A DNA stretch of 61,116 nt, filler included. It is 7 parts of 7 records of this genome, joined end to end, with 100 filler letters (N's around TTAATTAATTAA, not from the genome) between each part and the next. Parts side by side here need not be neighbours in the genome. Positions count along the whole stretch, not along the records: positions 9,842 to 14,480 come from SRR7504441_9534; positions 14,581 to 31,668 come from SRR7504441_9550; 5 more parts are not named here. One strand, written 5' to 3'. Both the position numbers and the translations under genes were made by a program. Below are positions 10,013-23,200 of the stretch, in pieces; position 1 is the stretch's first letter; each line of letters starts with the position of its first letter. The notes under the pieces were generated by a model that made no database searches, was not told where the DNA came from, and saw only the letters and a program-made list of their open reading frames with translations.

Positions 10013-13000
10013 TTAGATCCGAGGTCCTTGAGAGAACTTGTCCAGCAGTTTGACCAAAAAGTGGTCCAGTAATTCTGGATTTGTTTTGATCTTGAACCTG
10101 CTGTCGGTGCTATTTGCCTTTACTTGCCAAGCAAGATGGATCATTGCAGTCTCAAACTCACGGAAGTTCATTTGAAGCAAACCTGAGAACGTGTGTTAAA
10201 AAAAGGATTAGTCGATGCAGACCTTGAAGGTCTCCTGAGATCCACCCAGCAGTGTAATTCTCTACCTCCTCCACATTTGAATTGATGAATACCTAAAGCA
10301 AATTCACCACACAACAGCACAGAAACTAGCAGCACCTGCAACAGTATATTTGAGGAAAGATTGAAGTTTCGGGCCATGTCGAGTTCCTGGGCAAGATCAT
10401 TAGGGTATCCAATAAGCTAACTGGCACCTGGCCCATCCAGAGAAACTCGACCACAGACATCTCATCTGCCTTGGTATCTGTCAGTCCTTTGCCCATCTGG
10501 CTCTTCACGCGCTGGCTGACTTCTTTCATACTAGAGCCAGAGTCACAATAGTACTGGTACAGCTTCTTCAGCCCAGTCCGGTGTTCTTGTAGGATGGCTT
10601 GCTCCTGCAAGACCCAGCTCACACAGACCATTAATTTGCATATCTTAACCTCCTCCGCAGTGTTAGTATTATTCTCCATGAAGTGATTGGCAACCAGATC
10701 TGGCGAGTCTTTGATATGTGGCAGGATGTACTCATGCACTAACTTTGTGAAGCACACCTGTAGAGGGTACGGCGACAGCACAAGACCACCCAGCCCATAG
10801 TCTGGCAGCCCCAACTGCCAATACCTTGCACCGAGCCAAGCAGCCTCTTCGCTGCTTCCATGCCGAGCAGCGCCACCAGTATGTAGATAGAGATGGATTG
10901 AAACCAGTAGTAAAGCTTCCACAAACCCCTCGAGGAGCAGGGTCCCCTCTTCCTTCTTGTCTTTGCCCGCGCCCCTCTTGGGCTCTGGGGTCTTTACTGC
11001 CTCTGCAGCCCTTGATTTATTTTTATAACTGAACGGCCGCTTCTTGGCCCTCCTTCTGAAGGCGCGGGCTATCTGCTCACCTGAGCCCAGACTCCACCCA
11101 GGTGGCTCGGGAAGATCTGTGAACCAGCACTTAGCAGTCACCAAACCACCTCGTATACCCTTTTGATTGGGAGGCAAGACTGTTGAACTCACCCAAAAGA
11201 TCTGTTTAAGGCTGGTCAGACTCACTGTCTGGCATGGCTCAGCACCTCGTCGAGCAGTGGAGAGCGAAGCTTGGCAGACAGTCCTACTGCTTGGCACATC
11301 CGATGGAACTGAGCCTTGTCGAACCGGAAGGCCTTGGATGGAACTACCCCGATCGATTCAATCACCTGACTCAGCTGACAACGCACCAGAGACCATGTGC
11401 GTAGAGAACTTGAGGAACGCCCTCCGGAGCACCACTAAGTAACTCTCAGGTTCGCGGCCAGGAGGTTGTAATCCTTGGTGTATGGCGTGGAAGAGTTCGA
11501 GAAATTGGATTCGAGGTAGAACCTTGTCCCCCCTCCAAAAGAACCGCTTGGTCAGCACGCGGGTCAGCTCTGGGAGTCGTGCTTCCTGGTGCTTCGCCTC
11601 GAATTGCAACGTAAGTACATAGTCTTTGAGATTGAGCCGGAGAACGCCCCATCGGTAGGCGACACGCTGCTCCAGGACCTTGCGGAGGAAGATCTTTGCC
11701 CTGCGCTGAATCACCCTAGCTGAGTGCTGCTGGAGGATCTTTATCATGATATTCTGGGCCTCTTCTTCACGGCGCCGCTCTGCCGCTTTCCCCCTCAACC
11801 TGTGATCGACAGCCTCTCATGGATCAGGCATAAAGATAGCATACACCTTTCTGTTTTCCAGACAGCAAGCGCCATTCGCCACACCTATGATGGATCAGCA
11901 CTTAGTGGGATCATGGCTCCCACCATCTGTATCTGCAAGGAACGCGCTGCGAGGCCTCGCTGAGCCAGCCTGTGTCGCCAGATGAAGTTCTTGCCAGAAC
12001 GAATCAATATCAATGCAGCCTTCCACTCCTGTGACCATGGCTCAGCTACTAAGTGAGTAACAATAAAAAACCTGCACTCGACCCCGGAGGTTTCGGAGCC
12101 ATTTAATCATCTGCCACCACTGCGATATATGATATATTGCCTTGCATTTTCGCGAATAATCACGCCGAGCCAACATACCACGGGCCTGTTAACACAGCTG
12201 GCAGCTTGCCCCGACCTAGTTATTACCATGCACTGCAAAGGTAGGATAGCCCGCTTGATGAACGTGTCAAGCAAAATCAGAGCCACATTGCACCTGGCGC
12301 AGTGCCCCCGGTACACCGACTGTATCTTCGTGGCCGCCCGCCGCCGGCTGACCAACAGCAGAACAAATTTGACGGGAGCAGCCAAAGTTACCCGCACCTG
12401 TTCTTTCTTCACCCAATGCAGCGCCCAAGTGCCACCTTGCGTGTAGCTCGACGGACAATGCGCATCCGCGACCGGCATAGCTTTGCTTGCCTGGCCGCTT
12501 CCTTTTCCTTCCTGAGCAATTTGTGCCCAATTGAGCTCACTGCCGCCCTGCCAAGACGTCAACCAGGTTTCTCTGGGTGCTTACTCTTGGCACTGCCGCT
12601 GGTAACTTTTTACACGGGTGCGGAGAGCACTGTAGGCTTCTACCGCGTTTCCTCCATCATCAGTGCACAACATCGACCGTGGCATAGCCAACTTGGCATT
12701 GGCAGCTGGAAGCGCCAGTGCCTGGTCCACATTGCAGAACTGGTCAAACCCAACTCTGGTCGGCCACTCTATGAAGCTGGCCAGGTGTTGTGCCACTGCA
12801 CGCGGGCCGTGCATGGACTCGAGGCAGCGCACCACCAGCATAGCCGGCGCAGTACCGCCCTTGGTCGCCTCACACAGCTGCTCCAGGCTGGTGGTGCCTT
12901 GCAGTGCTGTTGCCACTGTCACAGGGCTGGTTTCTTCAGAGCTGTCTGCCCTGCACAGCTCCTCGATCTGACGGGAAATCCGTGGGTTTTCCCGTCGGTT

Positions 13001-14386
13001 GTAGAAAGAGTAGGCCAGCTCGTCGAAATCGATCTGCCCGTCTCCATCCTTATCAAGAAATCCAAAGAGCACGAGTCGTTCTTGTGGCCCAACAGGCACG
13101 CCCAATGCTGTCAACCCGAGCTCCAGCTCGGCTACGCTCAGAGAGCCAGAAAAGTCATCATCGAGTGCAGAGAACAGACCTCTGCCATACAGGAGCTCAC
13201 CAACCGCGGGTCAATGGCTGACGGCAGACCGTAGGTTGTAGCGCCGGTCAGCTGGGGCAGTACAGGCTGCCCGAGCTCGGATTCGCTCCATCACGGTATG
13301 GAAACTGTCGTAGCACTGTTGTAGCGTGAGCCGTCCGCCCCGTGGCCCCACATACTCCAGCCCATGCACCAGCTGCTGCTCCAGCAGCCCCACCCACTGG
13401 CACAAGCGGTACAGCCCCCGCGGCCCGGCCTGCCCTGCAATCAGCCAGCTTCTAGCCTCAATCACACCGTCCGAGGCCCACCTACTTCGGCAGCGCACCA
13501 CTCGGCCGCCCTTTTCAGCTCTTCTGGCCCAAAAGAGTGATTAAACCGCCGCTGAAGTGACTGGCACTTCTGCTTCTGGAGCAGCTGGAGAGAGCTGCCA
13601 CCCTGTGAGACCCACAGGAGGGATCAGCACGCACCGTTTCCCCATCACTAGACTCGGGTCGCTCTGCTGCTGCTCGTCCAACGTCCAGATCATCACCTCA
13701 GCCTCTGCCCGCTCCAGCTCTCTGCCTAACAGATGGTACCCAGCCAGCAGACCCAATGCTGTCACACGCCAGCCATCTTTTACAGGATCCAGGAGTGCCA
13801 GCATCTCAAACGCCCGTCCGACCGTCCCAGGCAGTGGCTCGCGCCCGGCCAGCTTCGCTCCCGCCGGCTGCACCGAGCCCATCTCCCCTTGCTGACTTGG
13901 GGCTGGTGCAGTGGCCGGTGGCTTCATGCCGCGCCGTTCTGCCGACCGCCGGGACGGCCGGGCGGCAGCCGGTAGACTCTCTGCTCGGTCGGCGAACTGC
14001 TGGAGAGCGTGGGCGAGACAAGGTCGGTCGAGTGCCCGGTCGGGCCCCGCCATCTGGTCGAACCGCCGGCCGCAGGTGACCCAGCGGACAAACTGCTGGT
14101 GGTCCGGGTGATGGGCAGCGGCCTCGCGCAGCTCCGGCTCGGTGACCGCGCCAGTGCCGCTCCAATGTCCGCACACCCGAAGCAGCCGGACCGCCGCCTG
14201 CTCAGCTTGGCTCGCAGGCCGGTGAGCCGCCGGGGTCCCCGATTTGGGTCGGCGGGGGGCTTTGGGCGGCCAACAGGGGCTGGACAGTTCTGCTGGCGAG
14301 GAGAGCGGACTCACAGCTGGACTGGCGCGCTGGTTGGCCCACGCTCTCCACTCAGCCCCGGCTGGGGTCCCATTATAGGCCCACAT
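10013..14386 (-). CDS. Large multi-exon protein with EF-hand and IQ motifs (exon structure only partly resolved)
   Basis: EF-hand LDKDGDGQIDFDEL; IQ motifs AATKIQSVYRGH and ARVIQRRAKIFL; successive ORF pieces joinable by ~40-nt introns; stop TAA near 10013. Confidence 0.6.
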
Positions 14387-14480
14387 TAGTGTACTGTACG
14401 GTACCGTATAGTACATACGGCTATACTTGAATATTAGAAAATTATAAATCTCCATTGAATTTGAGTGGTACCTAAGGTCA

Positions 14481-14580
14481 NNNNNNNNNNNNNNNNNNNN
14501 NNNNNNNNNNNNNNNNNNNNNNNNTTAATTAATTAANNNNNNNNNNNNNNNNNNNNNNNNNNNNNNNNNNNNNNNNNNNN
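14481..14580. other. Artificial contig linker
   Basis: N44-TTAATTAATTAA-N44. Confidence 0.99.
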
Positions 14581-14839
14581 ATATTCAGGAGAGGCTGCGT
14601 TTTTCGCTGCGATAAAAACACAAATGAACAATATGCGTAACTAATGCGTAACTATGCACTTATTATATAATGGTCGTGAGTATTAGTTTGAACAGGTGTG
14701 TTCATTTGTATAGCTATAAACCATGAACCGTATACATAGCAGCAAGTGCACCCTCGTGACCTCCCTTTGCTCGTGAAGATCGTAGATGGAGTGGCCGGCA
14801 AGTGGCTGGCAAGTGGAGCCCTTGGAACGGCTTGGTTGA

Positions 14840-17800
14840 TCAGTACCATTTGAGATGCTTGAGCTGGTCGGACATCGTTCGGAACAGGTGCCGCAGCCTC
14901 TCGCGCCTCTGCGGGTTGAGGTTGTTCTGATTCCGGTCGATCACCCCAAATATCTCGTCAAAGTCGATATGAGCCGCCTGAAACCCCAGGCTCATTAACG
15001 GCCGTGCCCAGCAAGAGCCGACCTGAAGCATGTTCTGGTCGCTCCCCAGAGGTGAAGCGAGCCAGCCCCGGAGCAGCAGCCCCATTGCCCCCAGCAAGTG
15101 CACCTGAAGCAGCTGCCACTCGAGCCGCGGATCCCGCAGTAGGTACATGTACGCCTGGTGCAGCTCCTGATAGCTGGCCCGGGTGCTCTGCTGCATCTGC
15201 TGAGCCACCCAGCCGCTCTCCTCAAACTCCAGTCCAAGCGTATCCATCGCTTGCATATGCTTCTGCTCGAACGCCAAGATGATATGATCGAGCGGGAACA
15301 CGGCGCTGTGTGGTCGGAGTTCCATCACCTGCCACCTGGGGCTCGCCACCAAAGCCCAACCACGCTGCACCTGGCTGATGTGCTGCACCGAGCCAGTTAT
15401 GCCGTGGAACACAGAGTCTCGCCATCGCTTGGCCCCACTAGCCGACTCGAGGGTGCACGGCATGCCACGATTGTCTCTGCAGTCGGCCAGAAAGCTCCAT
15501 ATGGCGCGCACTTGCTCGTTGAATCGCTCGTTCTCCCTTTCAAACTCGAGCAGTTCCAAGATCAGCAGGCACTCGCTGCCAGCACTGTCAGCCCACGACC
15601 AGGCTCGCAATTCGGCACCGGAACAGCCGCTCGCGCTTCCAGAGCTCCTGAGGCCCGGAGCTGGCCTCAGCCGCATGTTGCTCCACAGGCAGCGAGACAG
15701 CTTGCCAGAGCACAGTGGTGTCGCACACCTCCAGCTCGAGTTGTCTGCTGAGCGGCTCGAGCTGCAGCCCACAGTCACGCACGTGGCCTAAGGCAGCCGC
15801 AGCCCACCTCAGGCGAAAGTGCTGCCCCACCGCTCTGAAGGATTGCCCTGATTGCATCTCGAACGTGTTTCTGCACTTGGAGTACCTGCAGTGCGCCATA
15901 AGGCCCCTTAGTGGAGGCAGGCCGCACCTCCTTGCGCTCCTGCAGCTGAGCCAGCAGGTTGGGTACTGCTGCCTCAGGGCGTGCTCTCATTCCCATCCCC
16001 TGCAGATCCAAGGTAGCCTGCGCTAGCCACAGGATTCGCGTCTCGACAAGGTCCTCCGCCTGAAGTCAGAATCAGTGCAAATGTGCAAGCAACTATGATG
16101 CCTGCTCAGCATTGCGAAGTTGTCGGGCTTGGCTGGTCTCAGTTGACAGGTGGAACAGCTCTTCAGCCGATTCCTGAAGCAGCCCTGCGGCCCGGTATGC
16201 ACGGAACAGATGCTCCCTATGCTCCCTTTCCAGATACTGAAAGAGGGTCCCCTGCACGAGGTTGTAGTGCTCTGCTGGGAGCCCGATGAGTTCGTCGTGG
16301 CCAGAACGTGGCGGTTGCAGCTGGAACAGCAGATCATACAGAGTGCAGTGGAAAGCCCCATTGTCACGGAGCAGCTTTGGCTGACCCAGATCGAGCGCCA
16401 CTGACAGGCATTTCTTCCATTCCCTGTCCACGGCTTCGGGGCTCATGCGTGGCCCAGCGTGCATCCTCTCAGGCATCATCTTGCGCTGCCAGACCTGGTT
16501 CATCACATCAACGACATCTGACAGTGCCTCGTCCCGCTGTATCTGATCTGGTATGCTCCTCGCTTTGATCACAATCAGTTCTACAGTGGCTGCATAAAGC
16601 CCAAAGCTCGGCAGTCCAGTGAAGTTGTCCAGGATGATGTCTCGTTCTATATACCGGCCCACCTCCCTGTACAACGAAACGGCCATCTCCAGCAGCTGTT
16701 CCCTTCGAGGGTCGTCATGCGGCAGCCGCGCAGCCTGAGTGAGCATCTCGTCAGCCTGAAGCCGCTGGTGATCCTGGTGCCCAAAGAATGACGGGCACTC
16801 CACCTTGAGCACGGCGGCCAGTTCCCGGTGTGACGGACTGAGCACCAGCTGCTGCACCAGCTTACGGAACACTGGCTTACGGTTCTGCACCATCTGTCGG
16901 CACTCAGACTTTGTCACCAGCTGCCGGAAGCTCAGCTCCGACAGCTCCCGCTGCTCAGCCGGATCCAGAGCCCCCACGAGGTCCACAAACCGGCATCTGG
17001 GCACTCCAGGCTCAGGTGGCTCGAGGGTGTCAATCCGCGCGAGACGGAAGAAGAGCTGTGCGCCCTCGCGGGCCAGCTGTAGCAGTTTGTACATGGCAAA
17101 CACTACACTGATCTCGGCATGCTGTGCTTCGAGCACGGCGTCAGCCTGGTGCTGGACTCGGTCCTGGTAGTACTCGATCATCGAGCTGTACCCATTAGCA
17201 CCCGGTTGCTGCGCTGTTTGGACTGGGTTGACCAAGTCGCCGGGGTAGAGGTGCTGCAGTAGCTCAATCAGCTTGTCCAGGGCAGCCACGACCCCTTTCC
17301 AGTGCTGGGGCGAGGAGAAGTTTAGGTCTTGCATTCCGTTCGGGTGCTGACGAGTGATCGGGTGCTCCCACACCCCCCCGAGAAGCCTGGCAGCATACAG
17401 CCGCAGCCCGTTGAACCGATCTGAGTATGACCTGGTCCACTGTGGCACTGCCAGCCCCGCTGCTCCTGCCACCGACACAAGCCCTTGTTGCCCGGGCTCA
17501 CTCCCAGGGACCGGGCTGCCAACAAGTGCCTCGCCAAGCTCCATCCCTCCGTGAAGTAGAGCAGTGGCGTGCTTCCGAACGGCCTCCACGTCCACAATCC
17601 GGAGCACACTCTCCCGAGGCAGTGAGCCAAAGTCGGTGCAGGCCAGTGAGTAGCACATGGCGCAGCATTCGTCGCGGCCATATTCTTCAAACATCTCTAG
17701 CAACACCGGATGGTAGCTCGGATCGTCATGCTGCAGGTAGACGGCCAGCCAGTCGACGGGCCTGAGTTTGAGGTACGACTGCAGTCCGTCCTCCATCAAC

Positions 17801-19900
17801 ACGAGCAGTTCCCGCGGCCAGTGATCATGCTGACTGGCCAACTCGTTCAAGTGCACACTTGGACTCGCTTCATACAGCGAACGGCCAAACGGATAGCCAG
17901 ATTCAGCCACGGACAGGATGCGCATGGCTAGCCCCTCGGAGTCCACGTCGTCGAGCACCACCGCCTCTACATTCTCAGCGGCTCCACGGAGCGAGACCTG
18001 CTGGAAAGCACTCGGCTGGCCAACCTTGAGCAGAGAGCTGCTGCGCGCCATCGCCACCATCAGCTTAGCGTTGGTCTCACTGTTGGAGCTCTGCATGGTC
18101 CCGTCTGCCGCGTGGAGCACGCACAGAGTCGGGGTGAGGAACGACCGGCCGGCCTCCGGGTCCACCCTCAAGTTGGTGATCCGCATGCTGTTATCCAACT
18201 GCCGCGAGAGCAAGTCGTTGGTCGGGGGCGCGGCCACATGCACCAGCTCCATCTGGTCACTCAGCGAGCCGTCCGGCTCGGTGATCGTCCGAAGGAATAT
18301 CCTCATCCCGGAGCCAGACAGCAGGATGAGATGCACCTCGGTGTGGTCGTCACCCCGCCGTGGAGGCCCCGGGCAGAGCGCCACCAGCCCTCCAGGCGTG
18401 CGGACTTCGTCGGCGTTGACCCCAGGGCATTGCTTCTGCTGGAGCATCCGGTACAGCGCATCGGCTCGCAGCGTGCAGAAAGAGGTGATTCCAGTGCCCT
18501 CACGCACTCGGAACCCCTCAACAGTGCAGCCCTGCTGGTTCTGGACCAGAAGGAAGAGCAGGTCCCGGCTCGGGTCGAAGCAGAGGTCCTTGGCTTCCTG
18601 GTCAGCCGGTCCGAAAACCTGCGGCGCAGCTCACCGGGCATCTAAAGGCTACGGCGCACCTTATCTGCCAGCGCCCCCGCTCCAAGGAAGCGCATTGTCT
18701 CAACAACCATAGTCCGGCCTGTCCCCAGACTCGATGACGGCTGGGCACCGGCCCGGCACCTGATCGATACGCGTCGCCACGAGCGGAATGATTCACCTGT
18801 CGATAGCAGCTCTTGGGCTGTTGGGCGGGCTGCGGCGGACCTTCCGGCACTTGCGAGCAGTGCCTACCCAATTGGACTCTACCCCATAGACCAGCTCGTA
18901 CAAGCATCTGCCAGCCACCACTCAGCGACACGACTCGAGCCTGAAAGGCACCCGTCTCTGCCTCCCATGAAAATCCTGCCCGAAGGGGTCCCAACTACTC
19001 TGAGCATCATTACATTGTCCGACGACACGCACACCGCTGTCGCCGCATCCCACCGTGAGCCGGCCGCCGGCTGGGCTGACCGGACCTGTTGGCTGCAGCA
19101 CTAAGCGGCTCTTTGCAGGGATTGAGCCTGTGAGGGCTGCAGCACCAGCTGTGAGGGGAGGCACTCGCAGCCGGAGGGCACCGTCGTAGTCGCTAGGTGT
19201 CTCGAACAGCAGGGCCAGCACCACCACCTCGGTCGGGGTCGTGACCACCAGCAACCAGTCCGTTCTCTCAAGGAAGACGCCCTCTCTGGCTCTCACCAGC
19301 GCCACTGTAATGATCAGCTGATCCAGCGCGTCATAGACCTCGTACTGCTGGCCGTCGTTGTAATTCCACAGGTACAACACGTGGTCTATCGATATCCAGG
19401 CCCGATGGATCTCCGGCAGCAGTCCGCCGAACATAAAGTTCTCCTCCCGTAGCGCTGCACCCAGACCGGCTCAGCCCCGCTGTCGCCCGGGGCAGCGGGC
19501 ACTCTGGATCCGGTGCAACAGCCGCTCGGGGAACATCCGTTTCTTGCCCTTCTGCAGCACGTTCCCGTGTTTGCCCCCCCGAGCGAAAAGATGCTCCGCT
19601 GTCTTCAATCCTCGATAGTGCCGCGGATCTTGCCCGGTGGCCCGATCCATCTCTTGCAGCGTGCGCCCGAGCTTTGTGGCTTCGTCGTCGCGGATCAGCT
19701 TGTCCGTGAGCATCTCCGACACATTGCTGCCACCAACCCGCCCGGTCAGCGTCCGAGCCGGCCGGCCTCGCCCACCTGAGCCTGTCCTGCTCCTCCTGCC
19801 GCTGGCGAGTGGAAAGCTCCTCGCCGGCGAACCGGGGCTGCTGATCCAGAACCCGGGTTCGTGCCGGCTGGGAACGCCCCACGATCTCGCTCGCGAGCAT
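14840..19900 (-). CDS. NUP155: Nuclear pore complex protein Nup155/Nup170 family, about 13 short introns
   Basis: GLLPEIHRAWISIDHVLYLWNY; GRIFMGGRDG|CLYEL after splicing; NELASQH; LRPVDWL; YGRDECCAMC; SDRFNGLRLYAARLLGGVW; LKVECPSFF. Confidence 0.92.
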
Positions 19901-20259
19901 CCTACCAACCTCGCCGGGCCCCGGCCACTGCTCGGCAGTCGAGCTTCGAGAGAGGCCCGAGCCGAGTTGTCTACCAACGGCACGAATCCTGTCTCCTCTG
20001 CATCGAACTGCTCCGTCTCAGACTGCTACAGCTGTACAAGTACGACTGTAGATGTCATGTTTTATGTCACCGGTGATATGTACATTGAGAGGCGGTATTT
20101 TAATTTGTCGTAACAATTAGTTGCATTCTCTTAAAAATCGTTAATATGTCTTAAAAGCTTATGTACAATCCCAGTTGAAGCTCCCGGTGTGAGCTAGTGT
20201 GAGCTAGCTCGCTTAGCCGGTTATTGCCAAAGTCCTGCGTCAGCTAGCCGTGATGTTAG

Positions 20260-23200
20260 CTAGCGCAGTGGCTCGTCGGTATTCTTGTTAGCCCACTCTA
20301 CAAGCTGCTCAAAGTTGAGTCTTGACGGAGTGGAGAGCGGCCCATTTCCAGGCTGCGGTGGGGCCGGCTTCTTCCCATCCAACACACGCCCTGCAACCCC
20401 TGGTGGGACCGGCAGGCTGTCCACCCCTGCCGCCCACGCCCGCAGAGTGCTATAGTTGGTACCAACGCCGCTCTGACCAGAGCCTTCATCTTCCGCGGGT
20501 GGGCTGCCCGGAAGCACGGAGGGCGTCTGGGCTGTAGCAGGTGCTGATGTCACCTCCTCTTGCAGCGGGGCCTCGCGGTAGCGGAGCACATCACGGAGAT
20601 TCGTCAGCCCCGACTGGCCGTCCAGTGACGAATGCAGCGCGATCGCCCGGCTTATGGCAGTAGTGACGTCCCCAGGCTGGCTTGCCAGCGCGGCGTGCAG
20701 CTGAGCGAGCACCATGGCCCGGGCAGCGTTGCTATTCCACTGCTTAATTGCAGTGTAGCACTTGGAGTTGGGTCGAGGCAGCAAGGCGAGCCGCGAGGCT
20801 TTAATCTCGAGATCCTTCTGCAGGTGCTCGCGGGTTAGGTAGAGCATGCGCCGAATCCATCGATGCACCGCTCGGTGGACAGCTTGCTGGTGCCACCGGC
20901 TCAATACATGCTGCGCGACGCGCCCGCCAGCCTGCAGACCCTGCATTCGCGTGGTCCTAGTGTGGTGCATCGCACTGTTGCTTCGCCAAGCCCTGGCGAA
21001 TGCCCGGGCGTCTCTCAGCTGAGCGTCCCACATGGCATCGACGACCTTTCTCACTGCTAACAACTGTGATGAGTCTCGGAGAAGGTTCTTCACCCAGCAC
21101 ATTATGCCCTCCTGCTTGGCGGCGGCCTTCAGCACAGATGCACGATACATGGACGCCACGCCGGTGAGCTGTATCATGCCCTTGGAACGGATTGTCCCTC
21201 GCAGGATCTGCCTCACTGCGCGCTGGGCTGCAGACACTCGAAGCTTGATTGCGGCCCGGAGCAGTACTGGGGCAGCCCGGGAGAGCCCCACCTGCTCTAT
21301 GTGCTTCTCGGCCTGCACTCGGGTGGCCGTGTGGTGTGCCGCGTCCACCTGCTGAGCCAAGGCGTGCTCGTTGAGCAAATGCGACAGCTGCGATGCATGC
21401 GTGCCAGCGTGCCAGCCCGACACAGCATGCCGAAGCCGCCGGCACCGCCGCTCGCGAGTCTTCCACTCGAGCACAAGGCGCACAGCAACCATAGTAGCCT
21501 TACTGTGGCTGGCTGCGGCGGCCCAGCCTTGCAGGGCCAGTTGCATCCGACGGCTAACTCGCTGTTCGCTGTACAGCCCGACCAACGCAGTGAAGCACAC
21601 TCTTCTGCACTTGGCGTGATCTGAGCTGCGGTGCAACCCCGCCAGTACCGCGCTCGCCCTGGCCCGATACAGGTTGTCTCTGCTCTTGGACCCGAGCCAA
21701 GTCAGCACCGCCGCTCGTGCCGCGTGCAGCGTCAGGTGCCACAACGCTCGGCGAATCCGCTCCATCGCAACCCCGTGCGCACTGAAGACTTGCTGTGCGT
21801 TGGTTCGCCATCGGCGGACAACAGATCTCATCAGACTCTGTCTAGTTGCAATCCGGCCCTTAGCAGCCAGCAGAACCAACTGGCCGCCGTAGCCAGCCAT
21901 GAGCATCTCGGACTGCCAGTCGTGTACGATTCGGGCCAGTAGCAGGCTCTGGTGCAGCGCCAGCCAGCCTCGCAGCGTCCTCGCCCCGGCCTCGCTTGCA
22001 AAAGAATCCAGCTGCGACTGGGCCATGCTGTGCTGATGCATGCTCTCTTGCTGCTCTCGGGCCAGCGCCAGGTCTGCTCTGTGCTGCAGTGTCTGCTGCC
22101 GCCAGTCCCTCAGCAGCACACTGGCCAGCGGCACCGCACTGTCTGTTAGGATCCGGCCCAGCGAGCCCAGCCGCTGCTGCTGCTGTCCCGCCACAAACCG
22201 GCCTATCATCTGGTTGTGCTCGGCGTCGCTCTGAGCCAGGAGCAGGCGGCAATACCAGTTGTGATGCCAGTGCCACAGCGCGTTCTGGGCCGCCGCCCGA
22301 GACCGTGCCATCACAAACCAGGTGATGGACCGCGCGGCCGCCTCCTTCATGAAGATGTCTAGTTGCTGCTGGTCCTGTAGCTGCTGCTGGATCATCTCGT
22401 GCTCGGCGTCCTGCATCTCTGTGGTCAAGGAGCCGGCCACATGGAGACACTTCCAGCTCCGCAGCACAGCCACCAGCGACGCTCTGTCCCACAGCCAGAC
22501 CATCCCTTTAAGTCGAGACAACCCGTTGCAGACCTCAGACCGCCAGAGCACGCTGATCGTAGAGGCCATCTCGCTCTGGTGCCGCTGCTCGTACGCGCGC
22601 TTCATGTTCTGCCTCCACGCAGTTAGCAGCCACCGTGTGGCCTCCTGCTGCCATCTGTGCACCTGCCCGTCCAGCCCGTGCATTGCCTGCAGGTTGGTGG
22701 CTCGCATCGCCGTGGTGGCGCTCAGCCCGTCGGCCCAGCCGCGGAGCAGCTCTCGCAGCTGCTGCTCTGAGGCCCGGTGCCACTCATCCACCCAAACCCG
22801 TCTCACTCGCCGGAGTGCCATCTGCCTGCCTGCTCGCTCTGCCTGGATATTCGCCCGCCAGATCATAACCCCCTGCCGGCGGGCGGCCGCCCCAGCCCTG
22901 GTGAGCACCCACTGAAGGGTCATAACCCCCAGCCAGAGCAGCTGCCCTCTGAGCTGCTCCAAGGCGCCATGCAGCTCCTCCTCAGATGCACAGTGTCTGT
23001 CCATCTCACGAGTGCTGCCCTGGAGGGCCTCCAGCCGCTCTGAGAGCAGCTGGCCCTGCAAATCGCGTACCTGGGCCGCGCGCATCCGCCGGCTCCACTG
23101 CTGGAGTGACCTCGCGCAGCGCGTGTCCAGGCCCCAATGCCACAACGTGAAGAGCATGCCACCTGCCGCTTGCCGCGTGCGGGCGCGCACAGCCTGCCGA

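Noticed and set aside
19984-20058. In-frame TAG between an upstream ATG and the Nup155 5' ORF, suggesting stop-codon reassignment
   Set aside because: A start at 19900 with a normal 49-nt intron explains the gene; TAA, TAG and TGA all serve as stops elsewhere, and other in-frame stops fall inside introns
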